The notes beneath the pieces were generated by a model. It was not told where the DNA came from. It saw only the letters and a list, made by a program, of their open reading frames with translations, and did not search any database. Position numbers and translations under genes: made by a program. Shown here in pieces: positions 48,370-57,525 of a stretch of DNA of 64,000 nt. The stretch lies in IMG/VR virus record IMGVR_UViG_3300035698_013060, positions 124,001-188,000 of that record. The stretch is one strand, 5' to 3'. Each line of letters begins with the position of its first letter. Within the stretch, counting starts at the first letter, position 1.

Positions 48370-48504
48370 TTAGCCCCCGAAGTTTTTGTCCTTGAAACTC
48401 TCTTCGTCGGAACCATTGACTCCTCCATGGAGCTCAGTTCCCTCAATAGTATGATCAGTCTTGTATTGCTCGAGGTATTCTGATCTGGTGACGTCGTCAG
48501 CCAT
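48370..48504 (-). CDS. 44-aa mini-protein MADDVTRSEY...GTELHGGVNGSDEESFKDKNFGG (not in ORF track)
   Basis: AAGGAG SD; paralogous to the adjacent 49-aa ORF. Confidence 0.75.
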   Translation of the reverse strand: MADDVTRSEYLEQYKTDHTIEGTELHGGVNGSDEESFKDKNFGG

Positions 48505-48515
48505 TTCGTCTCTCC

Positions 48516-50336
48516 TTACAATCCAACGACGAAGCGTTCGGCCACGACTTCGCTGCTGTCATAGTTGCCTTCGTCCAGGTTCTCGCCAGACGCTTTGATT
48601 CTGAATATCTGGGACTCAGGATTACCGTAATTCCTGGTCTCATCGTAAAGATCATTTCCGACGTTGTGTTCATACAGGTCAGTCGGAGTGAACGCCCCTG
48701 TCGCTTTCACGGTAAAGTCATCGGCGTGTAGATCATTGATTGAGAAGATACCAGGTATCGTGGTCGGATCAACGTAGAAACCAATCAAGTACAGGTACTT
48801 CTCAAGGTCAGACCTGTAATAATCAGAGTTCAGGTTCATCTCTTTAGTGATACCGTTCTTCGGCACCGTGTACTTGACGTACAAGTACTCGTTCGACGGG
48901 AAGTTAGTAATCCTGAAAGCACCATCGGAGATGTTTTCCAGCTTGCCTTTGTCGACATACTGGTTGTTCATCACGACGTCGGTGTAGGTAACCCCCACTG
49001 GGAAATTCTCATGTCTGAGAAGGGTGATGATTCCATCTGTCGGAGTAGTGGTCACCTTGGTCTCGGTCATGAACCAGTTACTCGGCTCCTGCTTGATAAT
49101 CCTGACCTTTGATCCTATCGGCAGAGTGCCGTTGATCAGTCTGAGCTGAACTGGACTACCTGAACTACCAGTGTTCTCAATGAGATTGAAATCCCATCCA
49201 GGAACGAGTCTGTAACCGGCTGGAGAAGCTCCTGGTACGTGGATCGTTACCGCAATTTCACTCTCACTTTCAACTGGGAGCGGCATCTTGTCGATCATGG
49301 CCTGAGACCCGCTCGGGTCCAGGTCATTAAAATCAGTAGTGTCTCTGCCAGTGAATACGTCCGGATCCCCGGTAGGATCTCGCTCGTATCCCTCTGAGAT
49401 CAAGTCGAAATCCGTCTGACCACCTGAAGTGGTCTCGACATCGATGATCCAACCTGCTGAATTCGGGACAATGAAGACTTCATCACCAAAAGCAATGCCA
49501 TGACCTGTACTAAAGGTCAGTACTAATTGCTTGGCAACGGCACCGTCTTCTCTGGCAGTGTAGAAACTCCGGCTAAGTCTCTTGAAATAGGTCTCCCCAG
49601 AATGCCTGACATAGACGAGAAAATCGCCAAGGTCGTCAGCAGACTCATCATAGCAGTAGGGATAACCAATCTTGTCGATCTCAGTAAGCATGAAAGGATC
49701 GATTTCGTTCCATCCAGCACCGACGGTCAATCTATGCCACTTGGGAATATTCCAATGCCGTCTCATTTCGATCGAGATGACGTCATCATCGTCAACCTCT
49801 TCGATCGGTACGAACAGCGAATACCCAATTCCCTGACTGTGCAGATCGAAAGCGTCTGTTGGGAGCGGTCTACCGTTTTTGTAGACGAGCGTGTAGTAAT
49901 CCCCTTCTTCGAGCCTTTTGGCTCCATGCATTTGAAAGAAGACCACATCCGCCGCCGTCGGAAAGACGGAAGCCCAATCATATGCTGCACCATTCGCGTC
50001 AAAGACGCTGTCGTAAACGTATCCTGCAACACTGGGATACTGGAAATCTCTCTGGAAGTACGGATTGCAGAGGCTATTCAGATAATTCTGGATGTACCCT
50101 GGTACCCGTACCCCTGTTTCGTTGACATGGTTCTCAACTTGTTGCAACCGGTTCCAGACTTGTCCTAACCGATTGTTGATAACCAAATCGACCCAGTTGT
50201 TGAACGCCGTAGCGTCCTGTAGATCCAACTGACTGATTCCCTCGGCCTCTGGGACCATCGGGACGTAGCCGCTGTACATGTTCGTATCGAACAAGTCCCG
50301 GAGCAGCCTCTCTTGTCTTATCCAATTCGTGCTCAT
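48516..50336 (-). CDS. virion structural protein (baseplate/fibre-associated)
   Basis: acidic, beta-rich, VYKNGR-type repeats; late operon. Confidence 0.6.
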   Translation of the reverse strand: MSTNWIRQERLLRDLFDTNMYSGYVPMVPEAEGISQLDLQDATAFNNWVDLVINNRLGQVWNRLQQVENHVNETGVRVPGYIQNYLNSLCNPYFQRDFQYPSVAGYVYDSVFDANGAAYDWASVFPTAADVVFFQMHGAKRLEEGDYYTLVYKNGRPLPTDAFDLHSQGIGYSLFVPIEEVDDDDVISIEMRRHWNIPKWHRLTVGAGWNEIDPFMLTEIDKIGYPYCYDESADDLGDFLVYVRHSGETYFKRLSRSFYTAREDGAVAKQLVLTFSTGHGIAFGDEVFIVPNSAGWIIDVETTSGGQTDFDLISEGYERDPTGDPDVFTGRDTTDFNDLDPSGSQAMIDKMPLPVESESEIAVTIHVPGASPAGYRLVPGWDFNLIENTGSSGSPVQLRLINGTLPIGSKVRIIKQEPSNWFMTETKVTTTPTDGIITLLRHENFPVGVTYTDVVMNNQYVDKGKLENISDGAFRITNFPSNEYLYVKYTVPKNGITKEMNLNSDYYRSDLEKYLYLIGFYVDPTTIPGIFSINDLHADDFTVKATGAFTPTDLYEHNVGNDLYDETRNYGNPESQIFRIKASGENLDEGNYDSSEVVAERFVVGL

Positions 50337-50351
50337 CGGCGCGCTCCCGCT

Positions 50352-51296
50352 TTACTTTGTGAGCCTGAAGAACTCGAGGAAAGAGGCCTGGACCTGCTTG
50401 TCCGCGAGATTGTTGATCAACACTTCCGAATTGACACCTGAAAGGGTGGCAGCCCAGAAGACATTAACCACGAAGTAATGGAACGACTCAACGGCCAAAA
50501 GCGCCGACGGGCCGAACATTTTGGTCCATGCCTCGGTCAGAGATCTCAACGTAAGATGCTGGATCTTATCAACCGTTCCAGCAAGAGAGACGACGAAAGA
50601 TGAAAGGGAGTCATACTCCATAATCATCTCATCATCGGTCCTCTCGATGATACTCTTCGGGGTGTCATTCGGGATAATCCCGAAAGCAATCCCCTTGGTA
50701 GACGGGGTATCGGCTCGGCCCATCACACCAATCTGGAAGTACTTCGCTACGAGGTAATTTACCTTATCGGTCTGGAGTGGGTCTAGGTTAAGAGAATAGA
50801 GCCTATCCAAGCATCTGACGAACATTCTGGTGTAGACATGAGTCAAGTTCTTCACCAGATTAACGTTGTTTGTCAGCTTGTTCTCGTTGTGATAAATCCT
50901 CATCAGGACAAGCGCGGATTGGAGAAGCCCGAAGAGCTTCTTCGTATCGATGTCGAGTTCCTTCTCACCCTGTTTGGCATACGGAGAGAGATTAGAAACT
51001 GCTACTACTCGGTTCTTTTCGTTGTAAATCAACCACGACGGGATCGATGTCGGGATGATTGAACCGTTGTCGAAGACTGGAATTATCTCCGCTGAGCCAA
51101 CGGCCTCTATCACAGAAGGCCTTGACACATACTTGTATCTTCTCTGAATGATCCCCATGCCCTCACTGATCTTCTCCAGGGATACGGTAAAGTGCCCCAA
51201 CAGGAGATCGCCGGTCATGGCCTTGATGATGCTGTTCTTATAAGCTGAGGGGAAGCTATTGAACAGATCAAGTTCTGTCAGTTTCTTCAGGCTCAT
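50352..51296 (-). CDS. conserved jumbo-phage (virion) protein
   Basis: first gene after a late promoter; start uncertain (51296 or 51332). Confidence 0.65.
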   Translation of the reverse strand: MSLKKLTELDLFNSFPSAYKNSIIKAMTGDLLLGHFTVSLEKISEGMGIIQRRYKYVSRPSVIEAVGSAEIIPVFDNGSIIPTSIPSWLIYNEKNRVVAVSNLSPYAKQGEKELDIDTKKLFGLLQSALVLMRIYHNENKLTNNVNLVKNLTHVYTRMFVRCLDRLYSLNLDPLQTDKVNYLVAKYFQIGVMGRADTPSTKGIAFGIIPNDTPKSIIERTDDEMIMEYDSLSSFVVSLAGTVDKIQHLTLRSLTEAWTKMFGPSALLAVESFHYFVVNVFWAATLSGVNSEVLINNLADKQVQASFLEFFRLTK

Positions 51297-51351
51297 GGCT
51301 CTTCTCTCTTCTTTGTCTGGGTTGCTTGCCAACCATTTATTCTGTTCGGAT

Positions 51352-51363
51352 TAATTCCTTGTT
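51352..51363 (-). promoter_or_regulatory. late promoter AACA-AGGAAT-TA
   Basis: strict match. Confidence 0.7.
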
Positions 51364-51414
51364 CCGCCGACGTGCGTCCTTCATGTGCTCAGAGTCCTTA
51401 GTAACGTCCGTCAT

Positions 51415-51427
51415 AAACCAATATTAC
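51415..51427 (+). promoter_or_regulatory. early promoter variant AAACCAATATTAC
   Basis: ATATTAC core heading the replication operon. Confidence 0.5.
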
Positions 51428-51584
51428 GAGGGTGTATCGTAAGGCCTGGAATCTTCCTCCGGTAGTAAACAGCCGGTGGAGACGACTGGGATCAGATGGA
51501 CGGACTTGAAGCGGGTCCGGCCTAGTGGCCGAAGAGCTCGCCAAGAAACTAGGTATTGGCTAAAACCCGAGAAAGGAGGCGCTA

Positions 51585-52820
51585 ATGTTTTTGATTGCCA
51601 AGAATAGAAAAGATTTCGTCAAGACCTTGATAGCTGAGGTAGAGACCGCTAGGTCGGAGAGGAGCTTCGCTAAAAGAGTAAAGGGTCTTAAAAGGCTGGC
51701 ATTCCTGGACTTGAGTAAGTTTCGGGTGACCGGGACTGACAGGACAGAACCTTCATTCAAACGCATCCGTTTCAAGGTGACCCCTCAGAAGGTGGCGACT
51801 CATACAGTCAGCCTTGTGACAGGTCCGGAGACGTACAGATGTATCGCAGCCCATGGAATCGAAAGGATCGTCAGGGCTTTCTTTGTCGACCACCATATCA
51901 GAAAGGTCATTGAACTGATTGTGAAAGGTGATGAGGTCTTAGCAGAAGCCATCCGCCGAGGCCGATGTTACATGGACATGTGGGATCACAACTCAGAAGA
52001 TCTGGAAGATAACGATAGAGTCAGTCTACTCCCAGTGGACGTACTTGGTCCGGAAAACCAGATAATGATCACAGGAGAGATGCCCTCTACATACCTGAAG
52101 GATCTGAGCTTGTTGGCCGTATTCTACTCAGTAGTACACGGACGTCCACAGATACCTCTTGGAATTTACAAAGTAACCTCCACAGAGGCAGAGACTGCTG
52201 AGACTCCTCCTGAAGTTGATGCCAGAGGGTTTGTCCCGTTTATCATTGAGCCCAGACTCGAAACCTTCAAGCCGTTCGAGAAAGAAACTATACACGAGAA
52301 ACTGTTCAACGCAAGTCTAGGTAACACTTACTTTGCGAAGTCAGGACTGTTGTGTACGATCGGTAAGGTTATCATGGAAAACATCCAGAGTAGCGAAGTA
52401 CTTAAGAGAGTACTCATCCTGCTGTGCAGCCTTACTGGAACTCATGATGATGAGGATATTGTATTTGATCTGATAAGGAAGACCCTTGGATTCCTTGAAA
52501 GTACCCTAGACTATGAGATCAAGAATCTTACCTTCACAGGAAAGAGACGGATCACTAACAGGGTGTTCTACAACACCATGGCTGATTTGGAGGATGAAAC
52601 TCTGTTCTCTATAGCCAAGGATCCTGGGATGCTCCGAGTGGTGGATGAGTTCGGGGTAGAGAACCAGAATGTCCAACAGTACATCCTCCGGGAACAGATT
52701 CGAAGGTTCCGCAACCGCCCAGAGCTCGATGAAAATGTGAGACACCTGATGAACAGGCTTGACTTCGGAGGGAAGCAATCTCTAATGGAGTTAGCATTCC
52801 TAAAAGAAAGGAAGATATGA
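51585..52820 (+). CDS. hypothetical protein (411 aa)
   Basis: AAAGGAGG SD. Confidence 0.8.
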   Translation: MFLIAKNRKDFVKTLIAEVETARSERSFAKRVKGLKRLAFLDLSKFRVTGTDRTEPSFKRIRFKVTPQKVATHTVSLVTGPETYRCIAAHGIERIVRAFFVDHHIRKVIELIVKGDEVLAEAIRRGRCYMDMWDHNSEDLEDNDRVSLLPVDVLGPENQIMITGEMPSTYLKDLSLLAVFYSVVHGRPQIPLGIYKVTSTEAETAETPPEVDARGFVPFIIEPRLETFKPFEKETIHEKLFNASLGNTYFAKSGLLCTIGKVIMENIQSSEVLKRVLILLCSLTGTHDDEDIVFDLIRKTLGFLESTLDYEIKNLTFTGKRRITNRVFYNTMADLEDETLFSIAKDPGMLRVVDEFGVENQNVQQYILREQIRRFRNRPELDENVRHLMNRLDFGGKQSLMELAFLKERKI

Positions 52821-53023
52821 AGAAGTTGATCATTGCAACGATCGTGATTGTAGTGTCCTTGTGCGTAGTCCTTCCTCTCGCGACAGGCTTTTTACAGGCT
52901 GCCAGAGAAGAACAAACGTCATGGGATCGTTACGTAGCGGCAGCACTAACCAACGGTTAAAGTCCTGAGAAGGCGGCCATTATAGCCGACAAGACTTTAT
53001 CAGAAAAAAGGAGAAGATTCTAA
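52817..53023 (+). pseudogene. membrane-anchored small gene interrupted by an in-frame TAA (52958-52960)
   Basis: ATGA overlap at the start and TAATG overlap at the end; reads WDRYVAAALTNG*SPEKAAIIADKTLSEKRRRF. Confidence 0.65.
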
Positions 53024-53604
53024 TGAGTAAATTCCCTGAAGTTGAAGAAATGCTGAGACAGATGGTGTTCTTTGACACCGAAACGTCTGGCCTGTTGGAT
53101 TACAAGCACGAGATCATTCAGATCGGTGCTATATCCGGTAACAGTGAGTTCGAAGTCAAGTTACGCTTCGACATGGACAAGGCTGACCCGAAAGCCTTGG
53201 AGATGAATTGTTACAACGAGGATGTTTGGGCCGAGGAAGCCGTGGATCCCGAGGAAGCGATGAACGCATTCTCGGAGTTCCTGGAAGACTTCAAGTTTGT
53301 AGGAAAAGTCGGTAAGAAGTCCGGAAAGCCTTACAAAGTTGCTAGACTTGTAGGTCACAATGCATCTACGTTCGATAAGGGCTTCATGATGGCTCTCTAC
53401 AGAACTTATGATGCCTTTATGCCGTTCGAGTTCAAGATCTGGGATACTCAACAGTTGGCTATGTGGAGCCTTCCAGACGCTGAGCATCACAAGCTCGAGG
53501 TTCTGTGTGAGTACTACAACATTGACATCGGCAATGCTCATGACGCTCTAGCTGATGCGATCGCCACTCGACGGGTAGCTTGGTGTCTCATGACTGAGGA
53601 GTGA
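53023..53604 (+). CDS. DEDDh 3'-5' exonuclease (DnaQ-like)
   Basis: FFDTETSG, GHNA.FD, DT, AHDALADA. Confidence 0.93.
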   Translation: MSKFPEVEEMLRQMVFFDTETSGLLDYKHEIIQIGAISGNSEFEVKLRFDMDKADPKALEMNCYNEDVWAEEAVDPEEAMNAFSEFLEDFKFVGKVGKKSGKPYKVARLVGHNASTFDKGFMMALYRTYDAFMPFEFKIWDTQQLAMWSLPDAEHHKLEVLCEYYNIDIGNAHDALADAIATRRVAWCLMTEE

Positions 53605-53609
53605 GACGA

Positions 53610-53810
53610 GTGAAGACGTACATTATTTACCATGAAATGGGCCTCTGCCAAGATATTATCGTCAGTGACGAGTCGGAAGCTGATTCCGAAAAAAGACTGG
53701 CCTGAATCAAATCACGTTCTGACTTTCAAGTCATTGCCGTGATAAGAGGAATACTCATGGAAGGACATGAAGCATGCCTGAATCAACGAAAGACGACGGA
53801 CCCGTCATAG
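53610..53810 (+). pseudogene. small ORF with an in-frame TGA (53703-53705)
   Basis: GAGGAG SD plus GTG; MKTYIIYHE...EKRLA*IKSRSDFQVIAVIRG... Confidence 0.4.
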
Positions 53811-53983
53811 GGACGTTTGTAGTACATGCTCTCAAAAGTCGTGTGAGAACGCGAGATGAATTAAACGGGGATGGTAAAAGGTTCTGTGTTACCCCTCTTG
53901 AAGGGAAGCACCTGAAGCCATACTCCGAGTACTACGGCAACCTGGATCAATTCAAAAGTGTCTGGGGAGAACCCATAGACTAG
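53774..53983 (+). CDS. hypothetical protein (69 aa)
   Basis: AAGGA SD; operon context. Confidence 0.6.
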   Translation: MPESTKDDGPVIGTFVVHALKSRVRTRDELNGDGKRFCVTPLEGKHLKPYSEYYGNLDQFKSVWGEPID

Positions 53984-53993
53984 AGGAGAAACT

Positions 53994-55175
53994 ATGACAA
54001 ATGATGGAAAGATGTTGATATACATCGTGAGTGATATCCACTTTCACGACACGATTGCTAGAAGGCTCTATGAAGAGCTAGAGGGTAGCTTCCTGCATCA
54101 CTTGGAACAGGAAGCTCCGGAAGTCGATATGGTGGTAATTGCCGGAGACCTCTTTGACCGCAAGGTCATGTTCAACTCCGATGCTGCCATGTTGGCATTG
54201 AAGTTCGTAGGACGCATCGTTGACCTCATGCATGATGATCTCACTGATGGCCACAAGCCAGTCAGAATCCTCAAGGGTACCAGGACACACGACCACGACC
54301 TCTTAAACACGTTCAATTTCATGGACAAGGGAAAGAATGTTGAGGTAGTGAATACCATCACAGGTGAAGAAGTGGTCCCTCACTTCAACGTACTGTATAT
54401 CCCTGAGGAATATCCTGTCGATTGGCAGGAGTACTATTCAGACTGGTTGGCCTGTACTGAGACGGAGATAGAAGCTGAGTCGGAGAGTCCGGCCTGGGAT
54501 GTGATCTTCCTTCACGGGATGATCGACTTTGAGGCCCACTCTTCGATCGTCATCGACTCGGAAAGGCCGGTCCACTCAGCCCCAGTGTTCCCCACTGACG
54601 TACTACTAGCCAGCGGCTACGTGACTATCGCAGGTCATGTCCATGTCCCTAGTTCCAGGCAGGACAGGATCTTCTATTGCGGTTCGTACACGCGCTTCGC
54701 CTATGGTGAAGATCACCCAAAAGGCTGGATTAGACTCGAGTACGACGCTGAAATTGGAGCATCCAAGGTTCTCAGGATCGAGAACACGGCTGCCCCTGAG
54801 TACAAGACTGTGCGTCTGTCTGAAGTCTATGATCCTGAAGCGGATGTGGATGAGAACGTTAAGTCCATCCAAGAAGTCGCCGAAGGTATCCATCTCAGGC
54901 TTGACGTTGACATGGAGCAGGGAGAAAAAGTGAGAAGCGACCTAGCTGTAGTCAGAGAGCGGTTTGCTGATGACGATAGGTTGAAATTGAAGATAGATAG
55001 GCGAGGAGTCCTCCCGAAACCGGAAGACTCAGAAGACCAGCGAACCGAGTTCCTAGCTAAGCCAGGTACCACGGTGGCAGAAGCTGTCCACGGCTACGTT
55101 GGAGTCACGTCGCCTGATGTGTCGATCACCCTGGACGAGGTCAAGCAAATCATCAGTCCTGAAAAGGAATCTTGA
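53994..55175 (+). CDS. SbcD/Mre11-like metallophosphoesterase nuclease
   Basis: SDIH, AGDLFD, GTRTHD, LHG, GHVH, YCGS. Confidence 0.9.
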   Translation: MTNDGKMLIYIVSDIHFHDTIARRLYEELEGSFLHHLEQEAPEVDMVVIAGDLFDRKVMFNSDAAMLALKFVGRIVDLMHDDLTDGHKPVRILKGTRTHDHDLLNTFNFMDKGKNVEVVNTITGEEVVPHFNVLYIPEEYPVDWQEYYSDWLACTETEIEAESESPAWDVIFLHGMIDFEAHSSIVIDSERPVHSAPVFPTDVLLASGYVTIAGHVHVPSSRQDRIFYCGSYTRFAYGEDHPKGWIRLEYDAEIGASKVLRIENTAAPEYKTVRLSEVYDPEADVDENVKSIQEVAEGIHLRLDVDMEQGEKVRSDLAVVRERFADDDRLKLKIDRRGVLPKPEDSEDQRTEFLAKPGTTVAEAVHGYVGVTSPDVSITLDEVKQIISPEKES

Positions 55176-55248
55176 AGCTGAGACGCTCCGACCAATAACC
55201 AAATGGGGCAAGAGAGTCTCAGATAGAATAATAAAGGAGAAGTTGCCT

Positions 55249-57000
55249 GTGGCGAAAAAACAAGACAGAAAACACCTCCAAATGGTAGCCGATAACCTGG
55301 CTGTTGGCTTCTTAGAGACCGTGGTGTTCTACTTGATGTCGAGCAACCTCTCAATCAACCGCCGGTCGATGAGGAGGGTTAAGGAGTTTTTCGAGCTCTT
55401 CGAGCCCGACGACTTCGCTCGAAGTAGAGATCGCGAGGTCAGGTTTCACCTAATCCAGAGGCTGGCAGCTGCCAGGGTCGATAAAAGACTGGATGATCCT
55501 AACAACATCCTCCAGGCATGCCTCGACGGATCTAGTTATGATGATGAAGTCAACGCAGTCTTCGACGAGTTTGACGAGATCGGGGAGATTGGTAACGATG
55601 ACGTCAACTTTGTCGATGAGACGATAGCGGCGAGATTGAAGTTCGCTAACTTCTCTAACGTGGCTGGGAGACTGCAGGACGTAGTAATTAGGTACCAGAA
55701 TAACGAATTCCGGAACTTGATGACGTTCATGGAAGAAGAATTGAGTCCAGTAGTAGCTGAAGCAAATGCTGAGCTCAGACGAGTACAGGTATCTGGTAAA
55801 GAATCTGCACTGGACTTCGACATGAGTCGTGAGAGTCTCATGAATATCTATACTCACACGATTGATGTTAGGAATCGTGGAGGCTCCTGTATCACAACTG
55901 GAGTCCAGATGCTCAATGAAATGCTTGGTGGAAATGGTTTTGAAGCTCCAAGAGTTTATACAGCTCTAGGTGCTAGTGGAAAATGGAAGTCTGGATTCCT
56001 CTTCAATGCGTCGATGTGGTCCAAGAAGTACAACGCTAATACAGAATGCATGGATCCGACGAAGAAGCCCTGTACTCTATTCATGAATCTGGAGAATGAC
56101 AATCCGGAGACGGCTGAACGGATGCTATCATACGTCGTGAACGACGGTGATATGCAACATGCAGACGTAAGAGAATGGGATGCTTCAGATCTGGTGGACC
56201 AGATCGTTGACGAAGGGGTCGGTCACGAGGATGATAGTGAAGACTACCAGATATTCTACCGCTACAAATCCAACAGATCGATTGACGCCAATGACATCGA
56301 GGGAATAATTGAAGAACTTGCTGAAGATGGATATGAGGTCAGATTCCTGATCATTGACTATCTACGCAGGCTCAACTCCGTGACCAGAGAGACAGAGGAA
56401 AGATTCAGGTTGGCATCAATCGTTGATCAACTGAAAACCCTTGCTATTGCACATTGCATCCCTGTGCTCACAGCAGCTCAGTTGAATCGGACGGCTATGG
56501 CCATCATCGAGGAGATGTCCGAGAAAGGACATGGTAACATCGGACAGAAACTCATGAGCAGCCAGATCGGAGAGGCCTGGGGTATCATGGAGAACTCCGA
56601 TATGTGCATCATTGGAAATCCTGAGACGGTCATAACTGGTAGGAAGGAGATTAAGTACTACACGTTCAAGCGATGTAAGATGCGCGGGAGAGAGAAAGGT
56701 CCAAGCTATTTCGCGCATCCATACGTCTCGGGGAACGATATGCGCCTGATAGAGGATATCGATGAGGCTAAACCGCTTTCTGAGATGAATCTAAAGGACA
56801 GTTTCCCTGATGCCGCTTCACTTCCATCAGACGACGCCTCTGACCCGAGTAGCAACATAGTCAGTCGTAAAAAGAACAAGATGGTGAAGGGAAGAGAACA
56901 GAAGGAGAAACCTCCAAAGAAAAAGAAAGAACAGAATGGAGTCGTTGACGGGTTCCTGGGTGAAAATGAAGGAAAGTTTTTACTACCTGAAGAGAAATGA
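55249..57000 (+). CDS. DnaB-like replicative helicase
   Basis: TGV..LN.MLGG.G, Walker A GASGKWKS, LEN, IIDYL, TAAQLNR, K.R; start set at GTG after AAGGAG. Confidence 0.9.
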   Translation: MAKKQDRKHLQMVADNLAVGFLETVVFYLMSSNLSINRRSMRRVKEFFELFEPDDFARSRDREVRFHLIQRLAAARVDKRLDDPNNILQACLDGSSYDDEVNAVFDEFDEIGEIGNDDVNFVDETIAARLKFANFSNVAGRLQDVVIRYQNNEFRNLMTFMEEELSPVVAEANAELRRVQVSGKESALDFDMSRESLMNIYTHTIDVRNRGGSCITTGVQMLNEMLGGNGFEAPRVYTALGASGKWKSGFLFNASMWSKKYNANTECMDPTKKPCTLFMNLENDNPETAERMLSYVVNDGDMQHADVREWDASDLVDQIVDEGVGHEDDSEDYQIFYRYKSNRSIDANDIEGIIEELAEDGYEVRFLIIDYLRRLNSVTRETEERFRLASIVDQLKTLAIAHCIPVLTAAQLNRTAMAIIEEMSEKGHGNIGQKLMSSQIGEAWGIMENSDMCIIGNPETVITGRKEIKYYTFKRCKMRGREKGPSYFAHPYVSGNDMRLIEDIDEAKPLSEMNLKDSFPDAASLPSDDASDPSSNIVSRKKNKMVKGREQKEKPPKKKKEQNGVVDGFLGENEGKFLLPEEK

Positions 57001-57045
57001 GACAAGCCCCATACGCTTCGGCGTATGGGGCTTGTCGTCTTTTTC
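57001..57045. terminator. terminator with cUUCGg tetraloop
   Basis: gacaagccccatacgc-ttcg-gcgtatggggcttgtc plus T tract. Confidence 0.9.
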
Positions 57046-57051
57046 TTCTCT

Positions 57052-57522
57052 TTACAGGTCGACGTCGATCGGAGTCAAGGTCCTATCAGATACGTCAGTA
57101 GGAGTTTTTCGGCTAACCTCGATCTCTTCTCTAGCCTTATTCACTGATCTCAAGAAGTTACCAACGAACCTAGGAGGTACCACTTTGATAGTACCAACAA
57201 CGAGTTCTGTTGGCCTGAACATGTTGTTGCCCCTAAGAACCATGTACCATAGGTCAGGTGTACCATAAAGAGCCTCAGAGACAGATTCAGGTCTGTATTG
57301 GAGTGTCTCATCCACCTCAAAATCGTCCATAAAAGCAAAGAGTGTCCGCATCTCTTCATGAAGAATACCGTGGGGTTCGCTCATTACGAAAAGCCCCTTG
57401 AAGAAGATCTTCATTGAAGTATTATTCAACGCCAAAGTATTGTCTTTGGAGTGGTCGACACTATCAGCGATGTCGGTGAATCGCCCCGAGTTAAATCTCG
57501 GGTTACTAGGTATATCTGCCAT
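57052..57522 (-). CDS. baseplate wedge protein, gp53/LysM-like
   Basis: YRPE.VS..LYGTPDLWY.VL..N. Confidence 0.8.
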   Translation of the reverse strand: MADIPSNPRFNSGRFTDIADSVDHSKDNTLALNNTSMKIFFKGLFVMSEPHGILHEEMRTLFAFMDDFEVDETLQYRPESVSEALYGTPDLWYMVLRGNNMFRPTELVVGTIKVVPPRFVGNFLRSVNKAREEIEVSRKTPTDVSDRTLTPIDVDL

Positions 57523-57525
57523 TCA

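Noticed and set aside
48370-48504. Ubiquitin-like protein or double-glycine RiPP precursor (C-terminal GG)
   Set aside because: Too short for a beta-grasp fold, no core peptide after GG/GA, and no E1, peptidase or transporter nearby. The PAAR C-terminal GG is also normal for that family.
5719-57000. Inteins or group I introns in primase, helicase or other core genes
   Set aside because: Motif spacing is uninterrupted, with no C..HN-C/S/T splice junctions or split frames seen.
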